Source: a bacterium (GTDB lineage Bacteria > Patescibacteriota > Patescibacteriia > UBA9934). From it: 64,000 nucleotides of DNA. A model generated the notes under the pieces. It was not told the DNA's origin. It saw nothing but the letters and a program-made list of their open reading frames with translations, and searched no databases. The translations under genes were made by a program, and so were the position numbers. Every line of letters starts with the position of its first letter. Position 1 is the stretch's first letter. Below, piece by piece: positions 1-9,123 of this stretch. The stretch covers positions 20,247-84,246 of the forward strand of contig JAQCKO010000001.1 of assembly GCA_027592325.1 (NCBI GenBank). The letters are read 5' to 3'.

Positions 1-312
1 ATGTGCCACCATTCGCGCCAGAACATCGTTCTCAAAGGAGGTGTCGGGATTCAAAAGCAATACATAATCCCCATCTGATCGTTTCATCCCTTGATTGACG
101 GCTGCAGCAAATCCTCGATTTTCTGGATTTGGCATATAGATCGCGCCGTATTTCGCTGCGAGCTCCTCGGTTTCTTGCCGCCCAGCATTATCGACGATAA
201 TCAACTCGTAATTGATTCCTTCAGAAACTTCTACTGAAGAAAAGCAGTCTCGCAGAACATGAAGATCTTCTTTATAGGTGACAACAATAATCGATAAGTC
301 GAGCGGTTTCAT
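1..312 (-). CDS. GT2-family glycosyltransferase (partial, runs off window)
   Basis: Manual translation MKPLDLSIIVVTYK...IVDNA...GFAAAVNQG...LLLNPDT; ATGA overlap with the stop of the upstream GT2. Confidence 0.85.
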   Translation of the reverse strand, partial: MKPLDLSIIVVTYKEDLHVLRDCFSSVEVSEGINYELIIVDNAGRQETEELAAKYGAIYMPNPENRGFAAAVNQGMKRSDGDYVLLLNPDTSFENDVLARMVAH

Positions 313-1010
313 AATTGATGTTTCTTTTTGATGAGTTTCTTTGCGGCTTCGTATTTTTGAATGGCTTTTGGCATGAATCCTAGGCGTTTCCAAGGGATTT
401 TATACGCAATTTTCGGCATCCATTGTGTTCCTATACGCGACGCACCATCAATACGTGCTTTGTACAAATACTCTGGCACGCAAATTCCTGTTTTTCCTTC
501 TGCGAGCATTGTGAGCCATAAATCCCAGTCTTGCAAGCGCCTAACACTTTCATCAAAGCCTGGGAAATCCTCTGCACGAATAAGAGAAGTAGTGTGAATA
601 AAATTTGTGCTCTTTAATTGCTCTTCATCAAACGCAAGAGGCTTGAAGCGCTTCCCCCCAAAATAGAATCCACTATACGCATAACTTGCCGTGCTCGATG
701 TGAGAGCCACTAGCATCTTCTTAAGCGCATACGGTTTCATAACAATGTCTGCATCAACGAAAATGAAATAGTCGCCGGTTGCTGATTTTGCTCCTCTATT
801 CCGCGCGAAATTAGACCCCTGGTTATCTTGATGAATAGCTGTAAGCCGATTTTCGTATACCTCGAGCACTTTTTTTGTACTATCTGTTGATCCATCATCA
901 ACCACAATGATCTCAAGATCAACCCCCTCTTGTACGAGAAGGCTGTCAATACACGCAGGGAGACTTGTAGCATGCTGATACGTTGGAATAATCGCTGAAA
1001 TTTTAGGCAT
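309..1010 (-). CDS. GT2-family glycosyltransferase
   Basis: IIPTY, VVDDGSTD, ARNRG, FVDAD, QDWDLWL motifs. Confidence 0.92.
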   Translation of the reverse strand: MPKISAIIPTYQHATSLPACIDSLLVQEGVDLEIIVVDDGSTDSTKKVLEVYENRLTAIHQDNQGSNFARNRGAKSATGDYFIFVDADIVMKPYALKKMLVALTSSTASYAYSGFYFGGKRFKPLAFDEEQLKSTNFIHTTSLIRAEDFPGFDESVRRLQDWDLWLTMLAEGKTGICVPEYLYKARIDGASRIGTQWMPKIAYKIPWKRLGFMPKAIQKYEAAKKLIKKKHQL

Positions 1011-2097
1011 AGCGCTTTATTATTCGCTCGAGCTTTGAAAAGACGCGTTCAGATGTAAATTGCTGCGATCGTTCATGTCCTCTGCGGCCGAGTTGTTGTC
1101 GTCGATCTGGATTCTGAACGAGCTGCTGAAGCCGCTCAACAAGCTCCTCATCATTCTGTACCAGATACCCTGTCTCGCCATCAAGAATTGCCTCTGAAAC
1201 GCCCGGATGGTTGAATCCGACGACGGGAAGCCCAAAATACCCGGCTTCAATATAAACCATCCCAAAGCCTTCCCTGTCTGCTTCAGATTTTGTTGTTGGC
1301 ATGACGAATACATCTGCTGATTGATACGCCTTCACAAGCTCAACATCATCTAACATGCCCGTAAACGTCACGCGGTGATCTATCCCAAGCTTGTGAGCTA
1401 TTGCCTCAAGCCTTGGTTTATCCTCACCATCCCCAGCGATGGTATAGTGGACGTTTTTGAGCATTGGGAGCAGGTTCAACACCCGATCAACCCCTTTTCG
1501 CTCAACAAGACGACATGCGGTGAGCAGGTGAATACTGGTATTTTTATCAGCAACACCTTCGTCATCCGTCCGAAGGCAGGCGGTCATCGAATGACAATCG
1601 ACAAGTGCTGGATTCCCACCTTCGCTGGAATGACGAATCAACGGATTGGATTCGATCAATTCCGAACTCAGCGGCGGATACACAACCATCGGTTTTTCAT
1701 CCTTAGCGAATGCTGCAATTTCATTCGCGAGCGCGTGCGAATTCGTCACAATAAGTTTCGCAGACCAGATGATCCACTTTAGGATCATTCGTCGCCACCA
1801 CGAACGGCGTGCAAGATCAAAATCCATGCCATGAAAAATGAGTACATATGGTGTTCGAGTAACGTATCGCGCAATCATGGCCGCAAATCCAAGTGGATAC
1901 ACATGCGAAATAATGAGAAGGCGTGATGTATGCGCTACCTTTACCACCCAAACAAGTGCCCCTAAAAAACGTGGTGTTTTTGGCCGATAATCAACATCAA
2001 TCGACTGCGCGTAAACGCGGATAAGCTCGGAAAGATACCGAGCAACTCCTCCCTTTTGCGGTGCGTAATCGACAGTTAAGAGACGAATACGTTTCAT
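1003..2097 (-). CDS. GT4-family glycosyltransferase with an in-frame REP-derived insertion
   Basis: GGVARY N-terminus, RLVERKG, EGFGMVYIEA, GVSEAILDGETG. Confidence 0.92.
   Translation of the reverse strand: MKRIRLLTVDYAPQKGGVARYLSELIRVYAQSIDVDYRPKTPRFLGALVWVVKVAHTSRLLIISHVYPLGFAAMIARYVTRTPYVLIFHGMDFDLARRSWWRRMILKWIIWSAKLIVTNSHALANEIAAFAKDEKPMVVYPPLSSELIESNPLIRHSSEGGNPALVDCHSMTACLRTDDEGVADKNTSIHLLTACRLVERKGVDRVLNLLPMLKNVHYTIAGDGEDKPRLEAIAHKLGIDHRVTFTGMLDDVELVKAYQSADVFVMPTTKSEADREGFGMVYIEAGYFGLPVVGFNHPGVSEAILDGETGYLVQNDEELVERLQQLVQNPDRRQQLGRRGHERSQQFTSERVFSKLERIIKRYA
1560..1635. repeat. REP-like palindromic doublet inside the GT4 CDS
   Basis: GTCATCCGTCCGAAGGCAGG...ATGAC and GGATTCCCACCTTCGCTGGAATGACG; same family as 3595-3620, 45818-45843 and 53359-53385. 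Confidence 0.8.
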
Positions 2098-3530
2098 AGC
2101 TTTTTACGAATCAGTAAACGAAGTTGATTCATCTCATTTTTACGGATCGCCCCAAAAACAAATAGCATTACCGGATACACCACACAACCAATAATAATTC
2201 GTAGAAGAACCGGCACGAATGGTGCGAGTAGATAAACAGAAAGCCCCATTGTTAGCCCCGCAAGAACGATGGACCCAATTGTTTTCAAGAGTTGACCCAC
2301 AGAAAATGTCGTGGTCTTTTGCATGACCACCCAATCGACAATGAGCATGAATGCAAAACTTCCAAGTGCCGCGATGCTCGCCCCCGTAATCCCGAATATG
2401 GGAATGAGAACAAGATTAAACACAATATTTAACACCATGGTGGCCGCTCCAATAACCGTCTTGGTCATTTGCCGATCATTACTGTTAAGAAGTGAACCAA
2501 TCGGAAAATCAAGAAAAATGAATAGCAGGACAAAAATTAAAACCTGCAATGGGAGAACCGAGTCAAGAAATGCATCTGAGTACACAAGTGTAATAAGATC
2601 TGGTGCAATTGCCCAAATACCAAACACGATCGGGACTCCAATAAGGGCTAAGTACCAAAATGCGGATGTGAGCTGTTTTTTTAGTTGATCCTGATTTCCT
2701 GCTGCCTCGCTCATTGCGGGGTAAAGTGCAGCGACAAATGCAAGAGGAAGAAATTGAAAAGCATAGGTGAGTTTATAGGCAACGGCATACACACCAACCG
2801 CAGCCTCCCCCATCAGCTGATTTAAAATAAAGCTGTCAACATATGAATAGACTTTCACGAACACGGCGGCAAGAAAAAAGGCAAATGCGGGCTTAAGTGG
2901 CTGAAGGCCTCGTTTCCAGCTTGGAATGAAGGCATGAAACCCAATCCGTCTTCCAAGCATACCAGCCGAAAAAGCAAGGTTCCAACTACTCCCCACGGCA
3001 AGGGCGATCACAAGCAAAGGAAGTGTGGCTGCCCCCGTCAGAAGAAACATCCCACCCACGATGGCTGTCATGGTTTGGCCTATGAAAATACCCAAAGATT
3101 CATAGCGAAGATCGCCTAGGCCGCGAAGGAGGCCAAAAAACGTCAACGATAGTGAATCAGCAATAAGGACAATCAGTCCAATACGTGCAAGAACAAAAAG
3201 CTCCGCAGACATTCCTGGAAACAGGACAGGTAATAAGAGGACAAAGAGAATGGTGAGCGGAATGGTCACGCACTTTACACCGAGAATGAGTTGCGTCCAT
3301 TCTTCTACTTTCACCTTTTGCTTAGCAACTTCACGAATGGCAACCGACGTGAGGCCAATATCATCAAAAACAGCGATAATGGTGATAATGGCAAGGGCGA
3401 GAAAATACACCCCAGTCCCCTCCTGACCAAAAAACCGTGCCACCAGTGCGAAATACACAAATGCAATGGCCTTTTGTCCAACAGATGCAATCGTTAAATA
3501 GAACGTGTTTCGTGCCAAAACCGATGCCAT
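2094..3530 (-). CDS. Wzx/MOP-family oligosaccharide flippase
   Basis: Polytopic membrane protein with LARNT..., AVGVYAVAYKL and LNIVFNLVLIPIFGITGASIA. Confidence 0.9.
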   Translation of the reverse strand: MASVLARNTFYLTIASVGQKAIAFVYFALVARFFGQEGTGVYFLALAIITIIAVFDDIGLTSVAIREVAKQKVKVEEWTQLILGVKCVTIPLTILFVLLLPVLFPGMSAELFVLARIGLIVLIADSLSLTFFGLLRGLGDLRYESLGIFIGQTMTAIVGGMFLLTGAATLPLLVIALAVGSSWNLAFSAGMLGRRIGFHAFIPSWKRGLQPLKPAFAFFLAAVFVKVYSYVDSFILNQLMGEAAVGVYAVAYKLTYAFQFLPLAFVAALYPAMSEAAGNQDQLKKQLTSAFWYLALIGVPIVFGIWAIAPDLITLVYSDAFLDSVLPLQVLIFVLLFIFLDFPIGSLLNSNDRQMTKTVIGAATMVLNIVFNLVLIPIFGITGASIAALGSFAFMLIVDWVVMQKTTTFSVGQLLKTIGSIVLAGLTMGLSVYLLAPFVPVLLRIIIGCVVYPVMLFVFGAIRKNEMNQLRLLIRKKL

Positions 3531-3594
3531 AATATGTCTATATTAGTTGATTTTGGACGTAGAAGCAAGGTGGATGAACACATCATTAATCCGT

Positions 3595-3620
3595 GTCATT
3601 CCTGCGAAGGCAGGAATCCA
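3595..3620. repeat. REP-like palindrome GTCATTCCTGCGAAGGCAGGAATCCA
   Basis: Hairpin; reverse complement recurs at 53359-53385. Confidence 0.85.
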
Positions 3621-3733
3621 ACGAATCAAATTTGGCACACGCTAGACCCAGTGTAATCCCGGGGTGGCTAACAGATCCCTCACATTCGTTCGGGAATTAC
3701 GAATTCTCGAGCCTCACGAGAGGTCGATTTGCA

Positions 3734-3777
3734 TTCAATACAAAAACCCACTCCTGCGAGTGAGTCTTTGTATTGAA
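3734..3777. terminator. Hairpin/terminator downstream of the ribosomal operon
   Basis: TTCAATACAAA..ACTC/GAGT..TTTGTATTGAA; a second 14-bp stem at 3813-3845. Confidence 0.6.
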
Positions 3778-3866
3778 GCTCGATTGTTAATTGCTATTTC
3801 AGCTGTCCGCGAAAATCGATTATTTCGACGGGAAATAATCGATTTGCAGCGCATCTGGAAAACAAT

Positions 3867-4265
3867 TTAACGCTTGCGCCACTGACGTGAGCGACGAGCC
3901 CCACGAAGTCCGAATTTTTTTCGTTCCTTGATGCGTGCATCGCGACTAAGGTAACCCTTTGTCTTAAGAGCGGTTTTGAAGGCATCATTTTCCTTCACGA
4001 GCGCACGTGCAATTCCGAGCTTTACTGCATCAGATTGCCCGCGCATACCTCCTCCGATTGCACGCACGGATACATCAACGCTATCCATGCGACCAACTTC
4101 CTGAAGCGGAAGAAGAGCATTATTGCGCTCCGTTTCGAGTTTAAAATACTCTTTCACCTCACGCCCGTTGACCGTAACCTTCCCAGATCCACCTGGGTAA
4201 ATACGTACCTGTGCAATTGCTGATTTACGACGTCCAAGTGCCTGGATGTATGTGGTTTCTGGCAT
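3867..4265 (-). CDS. rpsI: 30S ribosomal protein S9
   Basis: GRRKSAIAQV, GGGMRGQ, RDARIKERKKFG...QWRKR. Confidence 0.98.
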   Translation of the reverse strand: MPETTYIQALGRRKSAIAQVRIYPGGSGKVTVNGREVKEYFKLETERNNALLPLQEVGRMDSVDVSVRAIGGGMRGQSDAVKLGIARALVKENDAFKTALKTKGYLSRDARIKERKKFGLRGARRSRQWRKR

Positions 4266-4266
4266 A

Positions 4267-4632
4267 CTATACGGTAATCTTAAGGCGACTTAGACGCTCC
4301 TTTCGAAGCTTATTTTTTGGAAGCATACGGCTCACCGCTGCTTCTAGCACCATGGCTGGGCTTTGCTCAAAAAGATCTTTGAGTGATCGAGCCTTGATTC
4401 CACCTGGCCATCCTGTATGGCGGTAGTAAATCTTTTGTTCCATTTTATTGCGGCCGCTGAACGTCATTTTCCCGACATTTTCAACTTCTACGACATCACC
4501 GATATCCTGATTTGGGACATAGTCTGCACGATGCTTCCCAATGAGATGTGTTGCGATATCAGTAGCAAGTCGCCCAAGTGGTTGACCTGCAGCATTGACC
4601 TTATAGGTCTCGCGTGTGAATTGCTTATCCAT
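4267..4632 (-). CDS. rplM: 50S ribosomal protein L13
   Basis: LGRLAT..A..LIGKH, YYRHTGWPGGIK, MLPKNKL. Confidence 0.98.
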   Translation of the reverse strand: MDKQFTRETYKVNAAGQPLGRLATDIATHLIGKHRADYVPNQDIGDVVEVENVGKMTFSGRNKMEQKIYYRHTGWPGGIKARSLKDLFEQSPAMVLEAAVSRMLPKNKLRKERLSRLKITV

Positions 4633-4633
4633 A

Positions 4634-4984
4634 TTAGACGAGTTCGAGCTTTACAACCTCGGCTCCATCTCCTTTGCGAGGTCCCATCTTAACAATGCGG
4701 GTGTATCCTCCTTCACGATCTTTGTACTTTGGACCAATGACATCCATAAGCTTATTCACTGGCTGCTCTGTTGTGAAGAATGCAAGAAGCTGACGGCGCG
4801 CCGCGAGATTCCCTTTCTTCGCCTTTGTGATAAGCTTCTCAACCACAGGCTTCACGGCTTTCGCCTTACCTTGCGTTGTTTGAATGCCATCATAGACGAT
4901 GACACTCGTAGCGAGGTCGCGAAGAAGCGCTTTTCGCGCACTTCGGCTTCGCCCGAGCGTTTTTGTTGTATTTCGGTGGCGCAT
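4634..4984 (-). CDS. rplQ: 50S ribosomal protein L17
   Basis: MRHR...LGR, VEKLITKAK, GGYTRIVK. Confidence 0.98.
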   Translation of the reverse strand: MRHRNTTKTLGRSRSARKALLRDLATSVIVYDGIQTTQGKAKAVKPVVEKLITKAKKGNLAARRQLLAFFTTEQPVNKLMDVIGPKYKDREGGYTRIVKMGPRKGDGAEVVKLELV

Positions 4985-4985
4985 A

Positions 4986-5741
4986 TTATTCCGTCTCTTC
5001 TTCTGAATCTTCGTTTTCCTGACTCTCTAATACTTTCTCAGTCAGAGAAGCGTGAGAGAGTTGTCCTGCAATCCAATTAAAGTGATTGAGGATTGTCTCG
5101 GTTGCCTTTTCAACAGCAGCTTGTGCTGTAACGGTTCCATCAGTGGTAATGTTCATGATTACCTTATCGTAGTTGGTGATTTCTCCAACACGCGTATTCT
5201 CTACTTGAAGTCCTGCAGCAACGACCGGACTGAAAAGTGCATCAACAGCGATGAGTCCGATTTCAGTTGTTGGGACTGTGCGTTCTTCGGTTGGAAGATA
5301 CCCTCGCCCACGTTCGACAGTGATTTCCATTTCGAAATCCGTGTCCGTCGTCAGCGTTGCAAGAACAAGTTCTCCATTAACGATTTCTACATCTGCATTT
5401 TTTTCGAATCCTGATGCCATCACTTCACCTTTCTTTTTTTGTGAAAGCGTAAGAACAACAGGATCATCACTATGCACAATCATGCGTAGTTTCTTAAGGT
5501 TCAAGATAATGCTAAGTACATCTTCTTTTACCCCTTCAACACCCATAAATTCGTGCTGAGCACCTTTGATTTTTACCGCCGTTACCGCCGCTCCTTCAAG
5601 TGAAGAAAGCAAAACACGGCGCAGGGCGTTTCCGATTGTGGTTCCATAGCCATGATGAAGTGGCTCAATCGTGAGGATTGATTCGTTTTCGTGTTCACCA
5701 TCGGTGAAGACCATCTTTGAGGGAAGCAAAATATTCTCCAT
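4986..5741 (-). CDS. rpoA: RNA polymerase alpha subunit (NTD only, acidic tail)
   Basis: EPLHHGYGTTIGNALRRVLLSSL, GVKEDV, DALFSPV; 251 aa. Confidence 0.97.
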   Translation of the reverse strand: MENILLPSKMVFTDGEHENESILTIEPLHHGYGTTIGNALRRVLLSSLEGAAVTAVKIKGAQHEFMGVEGVKEDVLSIILNLKKLRMIVHSDDPVVLTLSQKKKGEVMASGFEKNADVEIVNGELVLATLTTDTDFEMEITVERGRGYLPTEERTVPTTEIGLIAVDALFSPVVAAGLQVENTRVGEITNYDKVIMNITTDGTVTAQAAVEKATETILNHFNWIAGQLSHASLTEKVLESQENEDSEEETE

Positions 5742-5749
5742 AGGGTACG

Positions 5750-6373
5750 TTATCGTGAGTAAAACTCGATAATAAGTTTTGGATCGTAGACCTCTTTCAG
5801 ATCTTCCCCTTCAGGACGTCCCACCACAGTACCTTTGAATGCTCCTTTTTCTAGGTGAAGCCATCCTGGAACTGTGTGTGATTTTGCTCGTTCCTCCATA
5901 TCGGCGAATAGGCCTTTTTTACGCTTATTCTCTCGCACCTCGATTACATCGTCAACTCGAAGCTGGTAAGAAGGGATATTGACCTTCTTTCCGTTTACGA
6001 GGAACATGGCATGACTCACCATTTGTCTTGCCTGTGCACGCGTTTTTGCAAATCCAAGTCGGAATACGGCGTTGTCGAGGCGAGATTCAAGCATGTGCGC
6101 AAGATTCTCTCCAGTGTTCCCAGGAGCCGCAGAAGCCTTTTCGAAATAATTACGAAATTGGCGCTCCATGATGCCATAAATACGCTTTGCTTTCTGCTTT
6201 TCGCGAAGCTGAATCGCATAAACTGAAAGACGTGGATGACGCGCACGTGGACCACCATGTTCTCCAGGAACATATGGACGCCGCTGCATCGTTTTAAGAA
6301 CGCTTTCGCTTGTCGAGAGCGCAACGCCATCGCGTCGGCTCATCTTTGTTAGATGTTTTTGTGTCTTACCCAT
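5750..6373 (-). CDS. rpsD: 30S ribosomal protein S4
   Basis: QLREKQK, LESRLDNAVFRLGFA, VNIPSY, IIEFYSR. Confidence 0.98.
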   Translation of the reverse strand: MGKTQKHLTKMSRRDGVALSTSESVLKTMQRRPYVPGEHGGPRARHPRLSVYAIQLREKQKAKRIYGIMERQFRNYFEKASAAPGNTGENLAHMLESRLDNAVFRLGFAKTRAQARQMVSHAMFLVNGKKVNIPSYQLRVDDVIEVRENKRKKGLFADMEERAKSHTVPGWLHLEKGAFKGTVVGRPEGEDLKEVYDPKLIIEFYSR

Positions 6374-6381
6374 ACCTCACG

Positions 6382-6897
6382 TTATACACGTCGAGCGCGG
6401 CGTGGCCGGCACCCATTATGCGGCACTGGTGTGCGCTCTTTAATTCCTGTAATGCTAAATCCTTTTGCGTTTAGCGAGCGAATTGCAGCATCTTTACCGT
6501 TTCCAATTCCGGTTACGTAAACCATAAGTTCACGGACACCGTAGCGCTCAAGCGCATCTGCAATATCATTTACAACCACTCCGGCTGCATATGGTGTTGC
6601 TTTCTTTGGCCCTTTGAATCCACATTTTCCAGAGCTTGACCATGCAATAATATTTCCATGAGGGTCAGCGACAGAAATAATGGTGTTGTTAAGGCTTGCA
6701 AAAACATAGGCATTTCCTTTAGAAACGCTCTTCATGACACGTTTCTTTCCTTTTGCAGAACGAATATACACTTTCTGATTCGTCGCTTTTGCCTTTGATT
6801 CTGCCTTTTTCTCAGACTGCTTCGCGTCATCTGGCGATGTCACTTGAGTCTCATCGGTAGTAGCCTCTACTACCTGAGTTGTTTTCTCTTCACTCAT
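6382..6897 (-). CDS. rpsK: 30S ribosomal protein S11 with N-terminal extension
   Basis: NNTII, GFKGPKKATPYAA, TPVPHNGCRP. Confidence 0.97.
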   Translation of the reverse strand: MSEEKTTQVVEATTDETQVTSPDDAKQSEKKAESKAKATNQKVYIRSAKGKKRVMKSVSKGNAYVFASLNNTIISVADPHGNIIAWSSSGKCGFKGPKKATPYAAGVVVNDIADALERYGVRELMVYVTGIGNGKDAAIRSLNAKGFSITGIKERTPVPHNGCRPRRARRV

Positions 6898-6903
6898 AAG
6901 CTT

Positions 6904-7290
6904 TTAGGTCTTCGAGACTACGCGGCGACCGCTACCCGCTGTTTGACGAACGTTTCCACGGCGTGTACGAGAATTTGATTTCGTTCGCTGCCCGCGAGCA
7001 GGAAGATTCTTCGCATGGCGATCTCCTCGGTAAGTCCCAATTTCTTGGAGGCGCTTGACATTTCCTAGCACCTCGCGGCGAAGCTCACCTTCTACCTTCT
7101 GCCCTTTTTCTACAAGTGCACGAATAGTGTTCAGTTGATCTTCACTTAAATCTTTTACGCGGGTGCTCATATCGAGCTGCGATTGCGTTACAATGCGCTC
7201 CGCAGTTGTATTCCCAATTCCATAAACATACGTAAGTGCTATGACTACGCGTTTATTAGATGGAAGGGTAACTCCAGCAATACGTGCCAT
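6904..7290 (-). CDS. rpsM: 30S ribosomal protein S13
   Basis: MARIAGV, LTYVYGIG, LPARGQRTKSNSRT. Confidence 0.98.
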   Translation of the reverse strand: MARIAGVTLPSNKRVVIALTYVYGIGNTTAERIVTQSQLDMSTRVKDLSEDQLNTIRALVEKGQKVEGELRREVLGNVKRLQEIGTYRGDRHAKNLPARGQRTKSNSRTRRGNVRQTAGSGRRVVSKT

Positions 7291-7292
7291 AA

Positions 7293-7406
7293 TTATCCTT
7301 GTCGTTGCTTATGTCGAGGGTTTTTGCAGACAACGTGTACGCGCCCTTTTCGGCGAATAACGCGGCAATCTCGACAGCGTTTTTTAACTGATGCTTGTAC
7401 TTTCAT
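7293..7406 (-). CDS. rpmJ: 50S ribosomal protein L36 (Zn-binding type; below the ORF-track length cutoff)
   Basis: Manual translation [37 protein letters not shown]. Confidence 0.97.
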   Translation of the reverse strand: MKVQASVKKRCRDCRVIRRKGRVHVVCKNPRHKQRQG

Positions 7407-7520
7407 AAGTCATCATGGATTAGATACGTCGAAATCATCCTCTTAAAAGAAGGATGATGTCGTCTTAAGTTCGCATGCCTTACATCCACGTGTCTCAACA
7501 CGTTGATTTTAGTGTCAGAT

Positions 7521-7617
7521 AATCGATGCAGTTTTGGTGAATCGCGATGCGCGGAGCGAGCCGTACTAGAACGTACGGTGAGCGAGCACAGCAGCGATGA
7601 GCCGAAAATGCACGATT
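7521..7617. repeat. Long imperfect palindromic element (MITE/RPE-like) between infA and rpmJ
   Basis: AATCG(A)TGCA...CCGTAC-TAGAAC-GTACGG...TGCACGATT. Confidence 0.6.
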
Positions 7618-7625
7618 ATATGGCG

Positions 7626-7841
7626 CTAAAATCTGTAAGTGATGCGGCCTTTTGTGAGATCATAAGGACTAATCTCAACTTTGACGTCATCGCCAGGCAT
7701 AATACGAATTCGGAATTTTCGCAATTTTCCTGACAGATGAGCGATAATTTCTTGGCCTCCGTCAAGTACCACTCGGAACTTGCCGGCAGGAAGAGCTTCT
7801 TCAACTCTTCCTCTTGCCTCGATGAAATCTTTTTCTGCCAT
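7626..7841 (-). CDS. infA: Translation initiation factor IF-1
   Basis: [40 protein letters not shown]. Confidence 0.98.
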   Translation of the reverse strand: MAEKDFIEARGRVEEALPAGKFRVVLDGGQEIIAHLSGKLRKFRIRIMPGDDVKVEISPYDLTKGRITYRF

Positions 7842-7851
7842 AAGTGCGAGA

Positions 7852-7880
7852 AGTCTAACAAATTCAGGCGCTTCTGGCAA
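7852..7880 (-). promoter_or_regulatory. sigma70 promoter of the infA operon (near-leaderless)
   Basis: TTGCCA-17 bp-TAGACT, 10 nt before ATG. Confidence 0.7.
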
Positions 7881-8036
7881 GAACAATTTGGATGAAATCC
7901 GCCGGAAGTGTACCAAAATGGGGAAAATAAGTCAAATTGCACTGTGTCTGGATTGTAATCTTGACGTTTGAGAAGAAAACCCGTATATTTAATCGTCACA
8001 AAACGGTGGATACCCCACCCGGTGACCTGAGGAAAA

Positions 8037-8474
8037 ATGCCCGCTGAAGAATGCCTGAAGGCTACACGTGATCTTGCCAAGCAGATCAGGCGGGTCACTG
8101 GCCTAAAGTCCCAATTTGCGGAAACGGACACGGGAACCGTCATCGTCTTCACCCATACGGGTACGACCGGGCTCGATCTACAGTTGGAACCTCAGCATCA
8201 TGGTGACGATTCTACGAGGATGAGTATCATGATCCGCGTCACCTGCAACGGCGAGTTCATGCACGCATACGTGAGCGTCTCGCCGGAGGGAGATTTCACC
8301 TGCATCGGTGAGGGTGGATGCGGTCATTCAACGGACGATTTTCCGGATGAGTTGTCCGACATGTTCGATGATCAGCCACACGACGCAGACGGTGTGAGGG
8401 AGGAGATCGAGCGCTCCGTCGGGGTCTGGTTGGACTACGGCAACCAAACGCCGAGCAATCTCGCATACACCTAG
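8037..8474 (+). CDS. Orphan hypothetical protein (self-contained cassette)
   Basis: TTGACG-17-TATATT promoter at 7961-7989, GAGGA SD, terminator hairpin ~8494-8530. Confidence 0.7.
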   Translation: MPAEECLKATRDLAKQIRRVTGLKSQFAETDTGTVIVFTHTGTTGLDLQLEPQHHGDDSTRMSIMIRVTCNGEFMHAYVSVSPEGDFTCIGEGGCGHSTDDFPDELSDMFDDQPHDADGVREEIERSVGVWLDYGNQTPSNLAYT

Positions 8475-8572
8475 CCCGGCGCTGGGCTGCTAGACGCGCT
8501 TCCGACACACGGTCGGAGGCGCGTTTTCTCTTGTATAAGCGAAAGCGCCCACATCTCTGCAGGCGCCACGAG

Positions 8573-9051
8573 CTATTCAACGAGTACGAACTTGAAGTCG
8601 TCATCTGGAACACGGGCTAGGGCGTCGAGAAAACAGCGAGAACAGTGCCCCGTTTGAGAGCCTCGACAGTAAGCGTCGAGCCCCTCGGTACACGGGCGAC
8701 GTTTTCGAAAACGCTGACGGCGCGAAGAACCATCGACGTCTTCGTACCCGCGTCATTAGGCATCTGGAGGGTGATGCGAACGCTGCCCACAACCACCAGG
8801 AGCACCTTATCCTTCGTTTTGTGGTAGTGATCTCCTGCCGGCATCCCAATACGCTTTCCGCGTAGCATCGCGATCTGATCTTGGATCCATCCACGCACCC
8901 CAGGTCGCCCCTCAAAGACGACATAGTAGACGACATGGATTGTCTCAACTGGCACTCCCATGATATCGGCAATCACGGAAAGATGAGTCTGCACCAGATA
9001 GCGACCTGGCTTCGATCCATCTGGTGGAATCTGAAAAGACATTTGCTGCAT
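8573..9051 (-). pseudogene. WxcM/FdtA-like cupin; probable 1-nt deletion near the 3' end (in-frame stop at 8617)
   Basis: GDHYHK...VVVGSVRI..VPRG; alternative frame continues ARVPDDDFKFVLVE*; promoter TTGTCA-17-TAGGTT and GGGGAGG SD. Confidence 0.5.
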
Positions 9052-9123
9052 GACACGAACCTCCCCGCGAAAACCTAGCAAAACAAATTGTAAATGACAA
9101 ACGCTGGATCCTGCAGTCCTCAC

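Noticed and set aside
3664-3870. 68-aa ORF downstream of rpsI
   Set aside because: Made of REP and terminator hairpins
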